In this document: in pieces, positions 9,034 to 18,560 of the stretch
Layout: each line of letters begins with the position of its first letter
How positions within the stretch are numbered: position 1 is the stretch's first letter
Assembly: GCA_031549385.1 (NCBI GenBank)
Contig: JAVBPW010000001.1
Span: 32,001 to 96,000, forward strand
Direction: 5' to 3'
DNA: 64,000 nucleotides
From: Alphaproteobacteria bacterium
GTDB taxonomy: Bacteria > Pseudomonadota > Alphaproteobacteria > Rs-D84 > SZUA-605
Position numbers and translations under genes: made by a program
Notes under the pieces: generated by a model
Database searches by the model: none
Told to the model about the DNA's origin: nothing
The model's input: only the letters and a program-made list of their open reading frames with translations

Positions 9034-9586
9034 AATTTCGGTGTTCAATTTCATGAACAACATTTCTTTTTTCAAAGGAATATACGGCTTTTCTGCTTGA
9101 TGCATTACTATTATGAACAATGCAATATACCTTTTCGAAAATATTGAGTGTTTTGAAACACCATGGCTCTTTGATTTCAACACGTATTATATCACCCCTC
9201 TTCATATCGACGAATTTATAAGATGTGTTTTCTTTTTCGTTTTCATAAAAAACATGAACACCACCAGTTCCCAGTTCTTCATGATGGTAAGACGGAGCTT
9301 TTTTGAAAACTGCAGGAAGCTTTATAAACATAATAGGGGAGCCGCCTACCGACATATTCCTGAACATGATTAAATTTGTATCCTCATGTATGATTTCATA
9401 CATTTGATCAAATTTGATATCATCCCACTTATATTTGTCTTTATACATCTTTGATATTTCTGTTGGTTGCCCGTCATGGATAAATGTCAGGCGATTGTCC
9501 TTTTCAAAAAAGAACATTTGTTCACTGATCCTCCAATGATGCACCTTTAGGATATCAAGTACCCCTGTTGTTATTTCATCTGCCAT
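9032..9586 (-). CDS. Orphan hypothetical protein with SD-less leader and own TTGACA at 9655-9650
   Basis: 184 aa; leader AAACTTAAAAATCAATAATATG. Confidence 0.65.
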   Translation of the reverse strand: MADEITTGVLDILKVHHWRISEQMFFFEKDNRLTFIHDGQPTEISKMYKDKYKWDDIKFDQMYEIIHEDTNLIMFRNMSVGGSPIMFIKLPAVFKKAPSYHHEELGTGGVHVFYENEKENTSYKFVDMKRGDIIRVEIKEPWCFKTLNIFEKVYCIVHNSNASSRKAVYSFEKRNVVHEIEHRN

Positions 9587-9858
9587 ATTATTGATTTTTA
9601 AGTTTGACTTTTAAATATTTAGCTGATTTATGACATAGAATATTAGGATTGTCAATTACCCATCCTACTGATTCGTTAAAATTAACCTTTCAAGACCATA
9701 TTTTAACCTATTTTAAATCCCTAAAGTGAAAATTTTTGATATTTAAATCTTTGATTTTCGACTATTTTAAAATTTATTTACATTTTATATCTTTTTTATT
9801 GACAAATAACTATTACATATATAATATGTCAATCATAAAATAATAAGGAGTAACGAAT

Positions 9859-10527
9859 ATGACACAAGTTAACCAAATTACTACTGATAGTAAATATAAG
9901 ACTTATAACATCTTATTGTTAGTGTCTGTGCTTGCACTTTTAGTTTTGTACTTATTTGTACAATCTAATAAGCCTATCAATAAAGTAGTTAAACCAAATA
10001 ATATTTTTGTAACTAAAACTTCACCAACTGCACCTACTGAAGATATAGATGCTAATAAAGATATTGAAGCTCAAGACAAATTAATTGGAGCTCTTGTTGG
10101 TAAAAATGAACCAGTTAAACCTGTAGTTGAAGAAGTTAAAGAAATTGCAGAAGTAAAACCTGTTGCACCTAAGGTAGTAGAACAACCTAAAACAACTGTT
10201 AGAATTAACAGAAAAATAGTAATTCTTGACTTCGGTAAAAAAGAAGAAGGTAGAACCGTTATACCTGGAGATTATGTAGTTTCTAAAGGATCAAAAAATA
10301 TCTTAAGAGAAAATACTACAGTTAAAGGAAATCTTTATATAGTTAATATCGCTTCTAACTTTAAACTTCCTAAAGGATTACGAGTTGAAGGACATATATA
10401 TATGAAAAATGCTAAAGCTGTTAGATTAAATGAAGATCTTTTACTAGATGGAAATATTTATGTGTATGAAAGTGCTATATTACCTGTTGCTGAAACAGCT
10501 AAGATAGGTGGACAAATCATACTTTAA
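9859..10527 (+). CDS. Single-pass membrane protein with Pro/Val linker and C-terminal beta-solenoid-like repeats
   Basis: TM at about aa 17-34; repeats VKGNLYI, VEGHIYM, LDGNIYV; TTGACA..TATAAT promoter and GGAG RBS. Confidence 0.7.
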   Translation: MTQVNQITTDSKYKTYNILLLVSVLALLVLYLFVQSNKPINKVVKPNNIFVTKTSPTAPTEDIDANKDIEAQDKLIGALVGKNEPVKPVVEEVKEIAEVKPVAPKVVEQPKTTVRINRKIVILDFGKKEEGRTVIPGDYVVSKGSKNILRENTTVKGNLYIVNIASNFKLPKGLRVEGHIYMKNAKAVRLNEDLLLDGNIYVYESAILPVAETAKIGGQIIL

Positions 10528-10531
10528 AGGT

Positions 10532-10634
10532 TTCGACCTTCGGTCGAATAGGGTTTGTTGGCTCCCTCCTTATTTTCTCTCTCCTCTTAAACCAACAAAC
10601 CTGAACTTGGCTCCGTGCAATGCGGGGCCATTTT
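10532..10634 (+). ncRNA. Candidate 3'-UTR sRNA with anti-SD loop
   Basis: cUUCGg hairpin, 10 bp stem with CUCCCUCCUUA loop, terminator hairpin with G-U pairs on the + strand. Confidence 0.55.
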
Positions 10635-10773
10635 CATTCAAACTTGAAGCTGTATACTTATTCTTTTTCAATAGTTTTAATAAAGTTGTAGCAAATGCAA
10701 TTCAAAGATTTGAAAAGGAAAATCCATATAATGTAGTATCTTATTCAATTATGTGGGAGTAATAACAAAATTA

Positions 10774-10801
10774 AAAAACGCTGGTATAACCCAGCGTTTT
10801 T
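10774..10801 (-). terminator. rpsD terminator (bidirectional)
   Basis: AAAAACGCTGG/CCAGCGTTTTT. Confidence 0.75.
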
Positions 10802-10819
10802 GTTTTCTCTTCCAACCTA

Positions 10820-11455
10820 TTACTGTCTTGAGTAGAATTCGATAACCATATGTGGTTCCATTTGTACTGGATATGGAACTTCTTCCAATGTTGGTACATG
10901 TGCATATGTAGCTTCAAATTTATTTAAATCTACTGCTACATATTCACAGAAATCACGTTCTGGTGATGATAATGCTGTTAATACAAAAGGAATATTTCTT
11001 GCTTTATCCTTTAATGTAATAATATCACCTGCTTTACATTGGTATGAACCAATTGTTACTCTTTTGCCGTTTACTAATATATGACCGTGTGATACTAATT
11101 GTCTTGCAGAGAATACTGTTACTGCAAATTTTGCACGGTATACTATTACGTCTAATCTTGATTCTAATGAAGCAATTAAATTTGCAACTGTATCACCTGA
11201 TTTAGCTGCAGCTTCTTTGTAATATCTTAAGAACTTTTTTTCTGTGATATTACCATAATATGCTTTAATTCTTTGTTTTGCTTGTAACTGCTTACCATAA
11301 TCAGTTAACTTGTTTCTTAATGTTTGACCATGTTGGCCTAAACCATAAGGTCTTTTATTTACTGGAGATTTAGCACGTCCCCATAGGTTTATTTTTTGAC
11401 GTCTGTCAATTCTGTGTTTTTGAGCGTGAATTCTTCCGCTGTTTACTTTTGCCAT
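10820..11455 (-). CDS. rpsD: 30S ribosomal protein S4
   Basis: GQHG, DYGKQL..KQ, LESRLD, ARQLVSHGHI, IEFYSR. Confidence 0.97.
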   Translation of the reverse strand: MAKVNSGRIHAQKHRIDRRQKINLWGRAKSPVNKRPYGLGQHGQTLRNKLTDYGKQLQAKQRIKAYYGNITEKKFLRYYKEAAAKSGDTVANLIASLESRLDVIVYRAKFAVTVFSARQLVSHGHILVNGKRVTIGSYQCKAGDIITLKDKARNIPFVLTALSSPERDFCEYVAVDLNKFEATYAHVPTLEEVPYPVQMEPHMVIEFYSRQ

Positions 11456-11692
11456 AGCAAATTTCCTTTGTTTAGTCAGTTTCGCCCGGTATTCCCATTA
11501 ATTCAGGTGAGACGCCTTATGAAAAGCTGTTGATAAGCTTTGTTTAATCAGGTCTACATTCCCAGACATTGCTGAGGATTTTATTTTATTCTTTAGAAAA
11601 TGTCAACAGTTTTGATATTTTCCTTGAAATTTTTGAATTATTGTCTTATAAAGTAGACAAACAAATAAATTTCAAACTTAAATAAAAATAAT

Positions 11693-12811
11693 ATGAATAT
11701 CGTAGAAGGAAAGACAAAACGTATTGTTCCTATGGGAACAGTTGATGGTAAAGAAGTTGTAGCTTTTGAGCAACTCGGCCGGTCGGTAAATGCCGATGGA
11801 ACAACAGTAACAGAAAGCGAAAAAAACGTGTCTGACACGTTAATATCAAGTTTGGTTTCACAAAACCATAACATGTTTTCACTTTTGAATAACTTAGGAG
11901 TTCCAACAACCTACCTTGGCCGGGGTGAACAAACCCCCCTTATACTGTTGCATGAAAGGTGTGAACCTTTGGCATTGGAATTTGTGGTACGGTTTGCTGT
12001 TTGCAATGCATCGTCTATCATTTACAGGGAACCGGAAAGATATGGAAAGAAATTGTACGATGGAACTTTTTCGTCGACTGAAGCTGATCCTAAATTCTTC
12101 AATGAAAAAGGACAGGTGATTCTTTTTAAAAAACCTGTTGTTGAAACATTTCACAAAAAATGTCTCATAGAAAAGCCGGACGGAAGTATCGACTTGATTT
12201 TCGAAAGCGAAGCAAAAAAGGACCCCCGTTATTTCAAAGATGGAAAAATGACTCCGTTTATGCATGAAGACCCATTATTGTTTACTGACGGTTCAGATTG
12301 GTTAGTTTTTGACCAAAAAAAACCGCTTAGCCAACAAGGATATCTGGCAGTTATTGATCGCGAAAATCAAATACTGATGGATAAAAACTACAGGCCAATG
12401 CGGGAGCTTGAAGATTATGAATGTATTTCTCCAGGAGTAGAACATATTCTTCAAACCAGAACAGTTAAAACTTTGAGCTCAATTCAAGCTGCGTGCAAAA
12501 ATACCAGCTTTAAAAAAGCCGAATTTGTTGATGGTAAAATCGTTTTCGATGGCGTCATGGAGACACCTGTAATAATCGATGGAAAATTGGAATATGGCAA
12601 ACTTGCCAATAAGACATTCAGTTTAACGGATGACCTTGTTTCCGATAATATGCGATGGGCATTTGGTGGTTATCCACAAATATCTCTGAAACGATTATTC
12701 CAAAACTACGAAAGCTTGGAGCAAAAGCTTCTTGTAGCTGCAATGGTTGCGGAAGGCACAAAAAATTGGCCGACTGTAGAATTCGCAAAGAATATGGTGC
12801 CAATTTATTAA
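11693..12811 (+). CDS. Divergent SAICAR synthetase (PurC)-like protein with large insertion
   Basis: EGKTK, LEFVVR, DGKLEYG, LTDDLVSDNMRW resemble PurC motifs; SD-less leader. Confidence 0.6.
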   Translation: MNIVEGKTKRIVPMGTVDGKEVVAFEQLGRSVNADGTTVTESEKNVSDTLISSLVSQNHNMFSLLNNLGVPTTYLGRGEQTPLILLHERCEPLALEFVVRFAVCNASSIIYREPERYGKKLYDGTFSSTEADPKFFNEKGQVILFKKPVVETFHKKCLIEKPDGSIDLIFESEAKKDPRYFKDGKMTPFMHEDPLLFTDGSDWLVFDQKKPLSQQGYLAVIDRENQILMDKNYRPMRELEDYECISPGVEHILQTRTVKTLSSIQAACKNTSFKKAEFVDGKIVFDGVMETPVIIDGKLEYGKLANKTFSLTDDLVSDNMRWAFGGYPQISLKRLFQNYESLEQKLLVAAMVAEGTKNWPTVEFAKNMVPIY

Positions 12812-12832
12812 ACTGATATTCTGTATTAAAGT

Positions 12833-12859
12833 AGAAGCCCTGAAAAGGGCTTCTTTTTA
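12833..12859 (+). terminator. Intrinsic terminator
   Basis: AGAAGCCCT-GAAA-AGGGCTTCT followed by a T run. Confidence 0.8.
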
Positions 12860-13177
12860 TTTTTCTGCTTTTCCCATTATATGTAAATGCAAATGCGGAA
12901 CTTCTTCACCATGGAAAAAATATTTTACTGGTTGAACCAAATTTAACATGTTTGAAATTTCTAATGCTTTGTCAAAAAATGCTTTGAATTCTTTTGCGTC
13001 TGTTTTACTTATAAAGTCTGCTAAATTTATATAAGGCTTCTTTGTTATTAGTAATACATGAATATCATCTTTTGGGTCTGTTGACTTAAAACATAGATAA
13101 TTATCATCTTCATAAATTCTTTTTGATGGAATTTCATCTCTTAATATTTTTGCAAAGACATTATTTTTATCATACAT
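12857..13177 (-). CDS. HIT family (histidine triad) nucleotide-binding protein
   Basis: YDKNNVFAKILRDEIP; EVPHLHLHI triad. Confidence 0.9.
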   Translation of the reverse strand: MYDKNNVFAKILRDEIPSKRIYEDDNYLCFKSTDPKDDIHVLLITKKPYINLADFISKTDAKEFKAFFDKALEISNMLNLVQPVKYFFHGEEVPHLHLHIMGKAEK

Positions 13178-13305
13178 AATTTCGCTCCTTTTTTATCTTA
13201 TAATATTAAAATAAAAAATGTTAGAAATCAAGAAATTCAATTGTTTCCTTGAAAATTTAAAATTTTTCTTTATAATATACATATAACAAATAGAGGACTA
13301 AATTC

Positions 13306-13716
13306 ATGCCAGATTCAAAAAATATTCCTAACCCAATTGATATTTATGTTGGGAGCAGAATGAAGGTTCGAAGACAAATGCTTAAAATGAACCAAGACCA
13401 CTTAGCTAATTTGGTTGGAGTTACTTTTCAACAAATTCAAAAATATGAAGCAGGTTTAAACAGAATTAGCGCATCAAAATTATTTATGGTGGCTAATGCT
13501 TTGGAAGTTCCTGTAAACTTTTTCTTTGATGGGTTTAAAAGTGATGATACAAATATTAACACACATCAACAAACTGATAACTCTTATCAAGTGGCAGAAA
13601 ACAAAGACCCTCTTTTAGATACTCAAACTATCAAATTAATCAATGCTTATTGGAAGCTTGATGACGATGCTCGACAAAAAATCTTTGACTTTATCGTAGT
13701 TATGGGAAAGAAATGA
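13306..13716 (+). CDS. XRE-family HTH transcriptional regulator
   Basis: NPID.YVG.R...[18 protein letters not shown]. Confidence 0.9.
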   Translation: MPDSKNIPNPIDIYVGSRMKVRRQMLKMNQDHLANLVGVTFQQIQKYEAGLNRISASKLFMVANALEVPVNFFFDGFKSDDTNINTHQQTDNSYQVAENKDPLLDTQTIKLINAYWKLDDDARQKIFDFIVVMGKK

Positions 13717-14147
13717 AATATAAACTAGACATCTATACCGATGGCGCCTGTAGTGGCAACCCTGGAAAAGGTGGTTGGGGAGCTATTATAATGATGGGAG
13801 ATTGTTTGAAAGAACTTTCTGGCTTTAATCATGAGACTACTAATAATCAAATGGAAATGACCGCCGTTATTAAAGCTCTTAAGGCTATTAAAGAACCCGT
13901 TGAGGCTACTATTACAACTGACTCAAAATATGTTATTGATGGATTTACTAAATGGCTTCCTAATTGGAAAAAAAATAGCTGGAAAACAGCTGATAAAAAA
14001 CCTGTTAAAAATAAAGAACTTTGGGTTGAATTAGACGAACTTTCATCAAAACATAAAATTGATTGGAAGTGGATAAAGGGTCATGCTGGACATGAATTCA
14101 ATGAACGTTGCGATTATTTAGCTCGCAAACAAATCGAAGAAAATTAA
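13713..14147 (+). CDS. rnhA: Ribonuclease HI
   Basis: [36 protein letters not shown]. Confidence 0.96.
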   Translation: MKYKLDIYTDGACSGNPGKGGWGAIIMMGDCLKELSGFNHETTNNQMEMTAVIKALKAIKEPVEATITTDSKYVIDGFTKWLPNWKKNSWKTADKKPVKNKELWVELDELSSKHKIDWKWIKGHAGHEFNERCDYLARKQIEEN

Positions 14148-14159
14148 AATTAAAATTAA

Positions 14160-14444
14160 CTAATTTGATGATTTATAAAGTTGTGTAGATTTTTGTGAAT
14201 CCACATTAATTTTGTCGAGAGTTATTGTACCTTCCCAACCTGCTACTTTTTTGCCATTTACATAGCAACCTGTTTGCTCTTTTTGTTTTGAAATCTTTTT
14301 ATTAGCATTACCTGACATAATTACATTTGCTATACCACCAAGAGCCGCTCCACCAACTGCAGCACCGCCTAGTACACCTCCAACCTGTGCACTGGCAGTA
14401 CCACTAATAAGAATAATAGATAAAACTATTATCAATTTTTTCAT
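14160..14444 (-). CDS. Small secreted glycine-zipper protein
   Basis: Signal peptide MKKLII..ASA; GGVLGGAAVGGAALGG. Confidence 0.7.
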   Translation of the reverse strand: MKKLIIVLSIILISGTASAQVGGVLGGAAVGGAALGGIANVIMSGNANKKISKQKEQTGCYVNGKKVAGWEGTITLDKINVDSQKSTQLYKSSN

Positions 14445-14451
14445 TGGTTAT

Positions 14452-14700
14452 TTATTCTCCAACTGGTTCATCATCGTAATAAATGAATTCATCTTCACTT
14501 GTTACGTTTCCGTCTGTATCTTCATACTCATAATGAGATTGGTATGTTGAGTTTTCTGGGTTTTGTAAATCAATTTCTTCATCAACTTCATATACTTCTG
14601 TGATTTGTGATTGATCTATTGGTTCATCATAATCGTATTGAGCGATTGATGCGCCTGATGCCAATAATAAAACTGCAACCAATAATAATAGTTTCTTCAT
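14452..14700 (-). CDS. Small secreted acidic protein
   Basis: AGGAGG RBS, signal peptide, D/E/Y-rich mature part; start reassigned to MKKLLL. Confidence 0.7.
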   Translation of the reverse strand: MKKLLLLVAVLLLASGASIAQYDYDEPIDQSQITEVYEVDEEIDLQNPENSTYQSHYEYEDTDGNVTSEDEFIYYDDEPVGE

Positions 14701-14760
14701 ATTAAAATCCTCCTGATGCGCAAAGTATATCACAATTTTGAATACTTAGCAAATTATTTT

Positions 14761-15375
14761 TTAAAATCTTATCTTTGCCATTACTGTAAATACATTGCTT
14801 TGAACACCTATATTATTAGCTTTATAATGTAAATATCTTCCTTCTAAACCTAGGCGACCCAAAAATGGAAATTCAAATTCAAGACCTAAGATACCTTGAT
14901 AGCCTGTCGATTGATTAGAGCTTAGTGAAAGACCCATATCTTTATCTGTTATGTCTGTTTCAAGCATTCCTATACCAAAACCAAGATAAGGAGATAGTTC
15001 CCATGTTGGCATTTGCATATATATATTTAACATTACACCTTGGTTTACCGCCGTTGTTGAATGTTCGCTTTTTACTCCTGATTGAACTCTTAAGTATTCT
15101 ACTTCAAATCTTCCAAAGTCTATGAAAAAAGGTTGATAACCTATTGCCAAAGAATATGTTGCACCCCCTGCTTTTGCATCTGCTTTTTGACCTGGAATTA
15201 AGGGTTCATATTTATCACTTATTTTATAATTACCACCTATTGTTGAACCTATACCAAATGCAGAATAAAAACCACGTGGCTCTTTTGACTTTTCATCATC
15301 TGAAGCAAACGATGCTGTTGAAATTGAACCTAATAAAATTGATATTATTGATAACGATAGAAGTGTTTTTTTCAT
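14761..15375 (-). CDS. Outer membrane beta-barrel protein (8-stranded, opacity/OmpA-TM-like)
   Basis: Signal peptide, RFEVEY, SPYLGFGIG, C-terminal Phe. Confidence 0.8.
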   Translation of the reverse strand: MKKTLLSLSIISILLGSISTASFASDDEKSKEPRGFYSAFGIGSTIGGNYKISDKYEPLIPGQKADAKAGGATYSLAIGYQPFFIDFGRFEVEYLRVQSGVKSEHSTTAVNQGVMLNIYMQMPTWELSPYLGFGIGMLETDITDKDMGLSLSSNQSTGYQGILGLEFEFPFLGRLGLEGRYLHYKANNIGVQSNVFTVMAKIRF

Positions 15376-15501
15376 GGCATTTCCTTTTTAATTGTTCTTA
15401 CCATTGTACCTTGAATCATAATTCTTTTCAATAGCGCAAGATTATGCCTTGTATTTTAAAAATAAATTTTGTAAAATCTGCGTTAATTATAAGGATATAT
15501 T

Positions 15502-17955
15502 ATGGAAAAGAAAAAATTTAATTTTTGGAGATTTTTATTTAAAAGTATTTTTTATGTTACTTTTATTATATTTTTAGCAACTGTATTTTTGTTTTTTAAA
15601 TATGGTACTAATTTACCTAATTACGAACAACTAGCAAATTATAAACCATCACTTTCATCTCGTTTCTTTGCAAAAGATGGATCTTTGCTTACTGAATATG
15701 CTGCAGAAAAAAGAATTTATATGGAATTAAAAGAAATTCCTCAAAACGTTATTGATGCTTTTATTTCTGCTGAAGATAAAAATTTTTATTCACATTCTGG
15801 TGTAGATTTTACTGGTCTTGCTAGAGCTATGCTTGGTAACATTAAGAATGTTCTTTCTGGTTCAAAAAAACGACCTACTGGAGCTTCTACTATTACTCAA
15901 CAGGTTTCTAAAAACTTCTTTTTAAGTTCTGACCTTTCTGTTGGACGTAAAATTAAAGAAATGATTCTATCTTTGAAAATAGAACGTACTTTTACTAAAG
16001 ACCATATCTTAACACTTTATTTAAATAAAATTTATCTTGGTTATTATTCTTATGGAGTTGCTGCTGCTGCTCATAATTACTTTGATAAATCTTTAGATCA
16101 ATTAACTTTAGGCGAAGCTGCATTCTTGGCTGCTCTTCCTAAAGCTCCTAATAATTATAATCCTATTTCAAATAAAGACAGAGCTATTGAACGTCGTAAT
16201 TGGGTTTTATGGAGAATGTTGAAAAATAAAAAAATTAATGATGAACAATATAATACTGCCCTTGCTGAAGATTTAGTTGTTTCAAGTAAATTTAATAATA
16301 ATTTACATTTTTACTCAATGTATTTTGCAGAAGAAGTTAGAAAAACTGTGTCTGAACAATTTTCTAATGATATTTTATATCAAGAAGGATTTTCTGTATT
16401 TACTACTATGGATCCAGAAATTCAAAAACTTGCAACTGTTGCTCTTAAAAATGGTATCGTTAATTATGACAGAAACAATGGATACAGAGGTCCTCTTGGA
16501 ACTATGAAAGACGTTTCAGAATGGAGAAGAAGTTTAGTTAATGATTTTTCTAAACCTGCTGGAATTCCTAAAACTTGGGAAATGGCTGTTGTGTTAAATG
16601 TTACAAATGAAGAAGCTGAAATTGGTTTAGAAAATAATTCTAAAGGTGTTATTCCTGTTAAAAATCTTGGTTGGGCAAGAAAGAATTTGAAAGATCAAAG
16701 ACTTGGTGAAGAAATTAAATCTGCTAGACAAGTGTTAAAAGTTGGTGATGTTATCTTAGTTGAAAATGATAAAGAAAACTCATACAAACTTACACAAAAT
16801 CCTAATGTAAATGGAGCTATGATTGTTATGGACCCATATACTGGAAAAGTTTTTGCTATGGTTGGTGGATATGCTTTTGAACAATCTAAATTCAACAGAG
16901 TTACACAAGCTCAACGTCAAGTTGGTTCTATTATAAAACCATTCATTTATTTGACTGCTTTGCAAAAAGATGAATATACTCCATTTACGATTTTATTAGA
17001 CGCTCCTGTTGTTATGGACAGAGGTGAAGATGAAGGTCTTTGGAAACCTGAAAATTATGAAAAAAATTTCAGAGGTAATTTAACTCTAAGATCAGCACTT
17101 GAATTATCACGTAACTCCCCTACTATCCGTTTGGCTCAAGAATTAGGTATTAGTGAAATTAGTGATACTTTTAGAAAGTTTGGAATCTATAACCGTGATA
17201 TGACTAAGAGTGGGCTTTCTATTGCTCTTGGAAGTGGTGAAACAACTTTAATTAAAATGGCTGGTGCATTTTCTACATTTGCTAATGGAGGATATAAAAT
17301 TACTCCTTACTATATTGAAAAAGTTCAAGACAGAAATGGAAAAAACATCTATAAAAATGAAACTAGAGAATGTGATGTTTGCAGATCTTCTGTTTTAAAT
17401 AATAGTCAAACACCTGCTATAACAGATAATCGTGAAGTTATTCTTGATCCTCAAACTAACTATCAAATTATATCTATATTAAAAGGTGTGATTGAAAGAG
17501 GGTCTGGAACAAGAGCTTTTATTCCTGGTGCTTATTTAGCAGGAAAAACAGGAACATCTTCTGACTTTAAAGATGCTTGGTTTGTAGGATTTTCTGACAA
17601 CTTACTTGTTGGTATTTATATCGGATTTGATAAACCTTCTTCTCTTGGAAATTATGGAAGCGGTGGATTAGTTGCTGCGCCTATATTTAAAGAATTTATG
17701 GAACAAGCTTTGAAAATGTATCCTTCAAAAGATTTCAAAGTGCCAGATGGAATTACATTCATAAGATTGAATAAACAAACTGGAAACTATGCTGAACCAG
17801 GTGACGAATCTGTTATAGTTGAAGCTGTTAAAGATTCCCAAATGAACAAGATTCAAAAGTCTAGTGAAGTACAACCTGAAGAAGAACATATTATAAGAGG
17901 AAAAGGCGTTAAAGTAGAACAAAACTATGACGCAGATATTGGCGGACTTTATTAA
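15502..17955 (+). CDS. mrcA: Penicillin-binding protein 1A
   Basis: EDKNFYSH, GASTITQQ, RKIKE; SIIK, SRN, KTG. Confidence 0.95.
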   Translation: MEKKKFNFWRFLFKSIFYVTFIIFLATVFLFFKYGTNLPNYEQLANYKPSLSSRFFAKDGSLLTEYAAEKRIYMELKEIPQNVIDAFISAEDKNFYSHSGVDFTGLARAMLGNIKNVLSGSKKRPTGASTITQQVSKNFFLSSDLSVGRKIKEMILSLKIERTFTKDHILTLYLNKIYLGYYSYGVAAAAHNYFDKSLDQLTLGEAAFLAALPKAPNNYNPISNKDRAIERRNWVLWRMLKNKKINDEQYNTALAEDLVVSSKFNNNLHFYSMYFAEEVRKTVSEQFSNDILYQEGFSVFTTMDPEIQKLATVALKNGIVNYDRNNGYRGPLGTMKDVSEWRRSLVNDFSKPAGIPKTWEMAVVLNVTNEEAEIGLENNSKGVIPVKNLGWARKNLKDQRLGEEIKSARQVLKVGDVILVENDKENSYKLTQNPNVNGAMIVMDPYTGKVFAMVGGYAFEQSKFNRVTQAQRQVGSIIKPFIYLTALQKDEYTPFTILLDAPVVMDRGEDEGLWKPENYEKNFRGNLTLRSALELSRNSPTIRLAQELGISEISDTFRKFGIYNRDMTKSGLSIALGSGETTLIKMAGAFSTFANGGYKITPYYIEKVQDRNGKNIYKNETRECDVCRSSVLNNSQTPAITDNREVILDPQTNYQIISILKGVIERGSGTRAFIPGAYLAGKTGTSSDFKDAWFVGFSDNLLVGIYIGFDKPSSLGNYGSGGLVAAPIFKEFMEQALKMYPSKDFKVPDGITFIRLNKQTGNYAEPGDESVIVEAVKDSQMNKIQKSSEVQPEEEHIIRGKGVKVEQNYDADIGGLY

Positions 17956-18548
17956 TGAAAAAAATTAATTTGGCTGTTTATGATTTCGACGGAACTTTAG
18001 TACCTTTTGAAACTCAATCAAAAATATTATCTTTTGCAATTAAAAAGAATCCTTCAAAGATTCTTTTTTTACCTTATGTGTTAATATGTTTTGTTTTATA
18101 TTTGCTAAAAATTGTTAATGAAACTTATATGAAAAGTTTGGTATTAAAATTCTTAAATAAAAAACTTATAAAAGAATTCTGGCAAACACATGAAAAATAT
18201 CTTTTTAATTGGGTAAAGACAAAATTTGCTCAAGATAAAAAAGATGGAAAAGAGGTTTTTGTTATTTCTGCTTCTCCTGAAAATGTTTTGAAAGATTTTG
18301 TTATGAGAATCGGGGCTGATTATTTTATTGGAACACCTGTTTCAAAAGATGGAAAACGAATCATTGGAAAAAATTGCAAAGGAGTTCAAAAAATTGTATA
18401 CTTAAACAAATGGGCTGAAGAGAATCATCTTGATACTGTTATTGAATCTATGTATTCAGATTCTAAAAATGATTTACCTTTAATGAGATTAGCTAAAATC
18501 TCTTTCTGGGTTGATACTTCAGGAAATTTGAAGAAGTTTAACAAATAA
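17955..18548 (+). CDS. HAD-IB family hydrolase
   Basis: DFDGTL, ISAS, GKNCKG..K, YSDS..DLP. Confidence 0.9.
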   Translation: MKKINLAVYDFDGTLVPFETQSKILSFAIKKNPSKILFLPYVLICFVLYLLKIVNETYMKSLVLKFLNKKLIKEFWQTHEKYLFNWVKTKFAQDKKDGKEVFVISASPENVLKDFVMRIGADYFIGTPVSKDGKRIIGKNCKGVQKIVYLNKWAEENHLDTVIESMYSDSKNDLPLMRLAKISFWVDTSGNLKKFNK

Positions 18549-18560
18549 AAAAGAGAGATT

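Noticed and set aside
10508-10762. 84 aa + strand ORF from the track
   Set aside because: Overlaps the upstream gene end and runs through three hairpins including a terminator; no RBS
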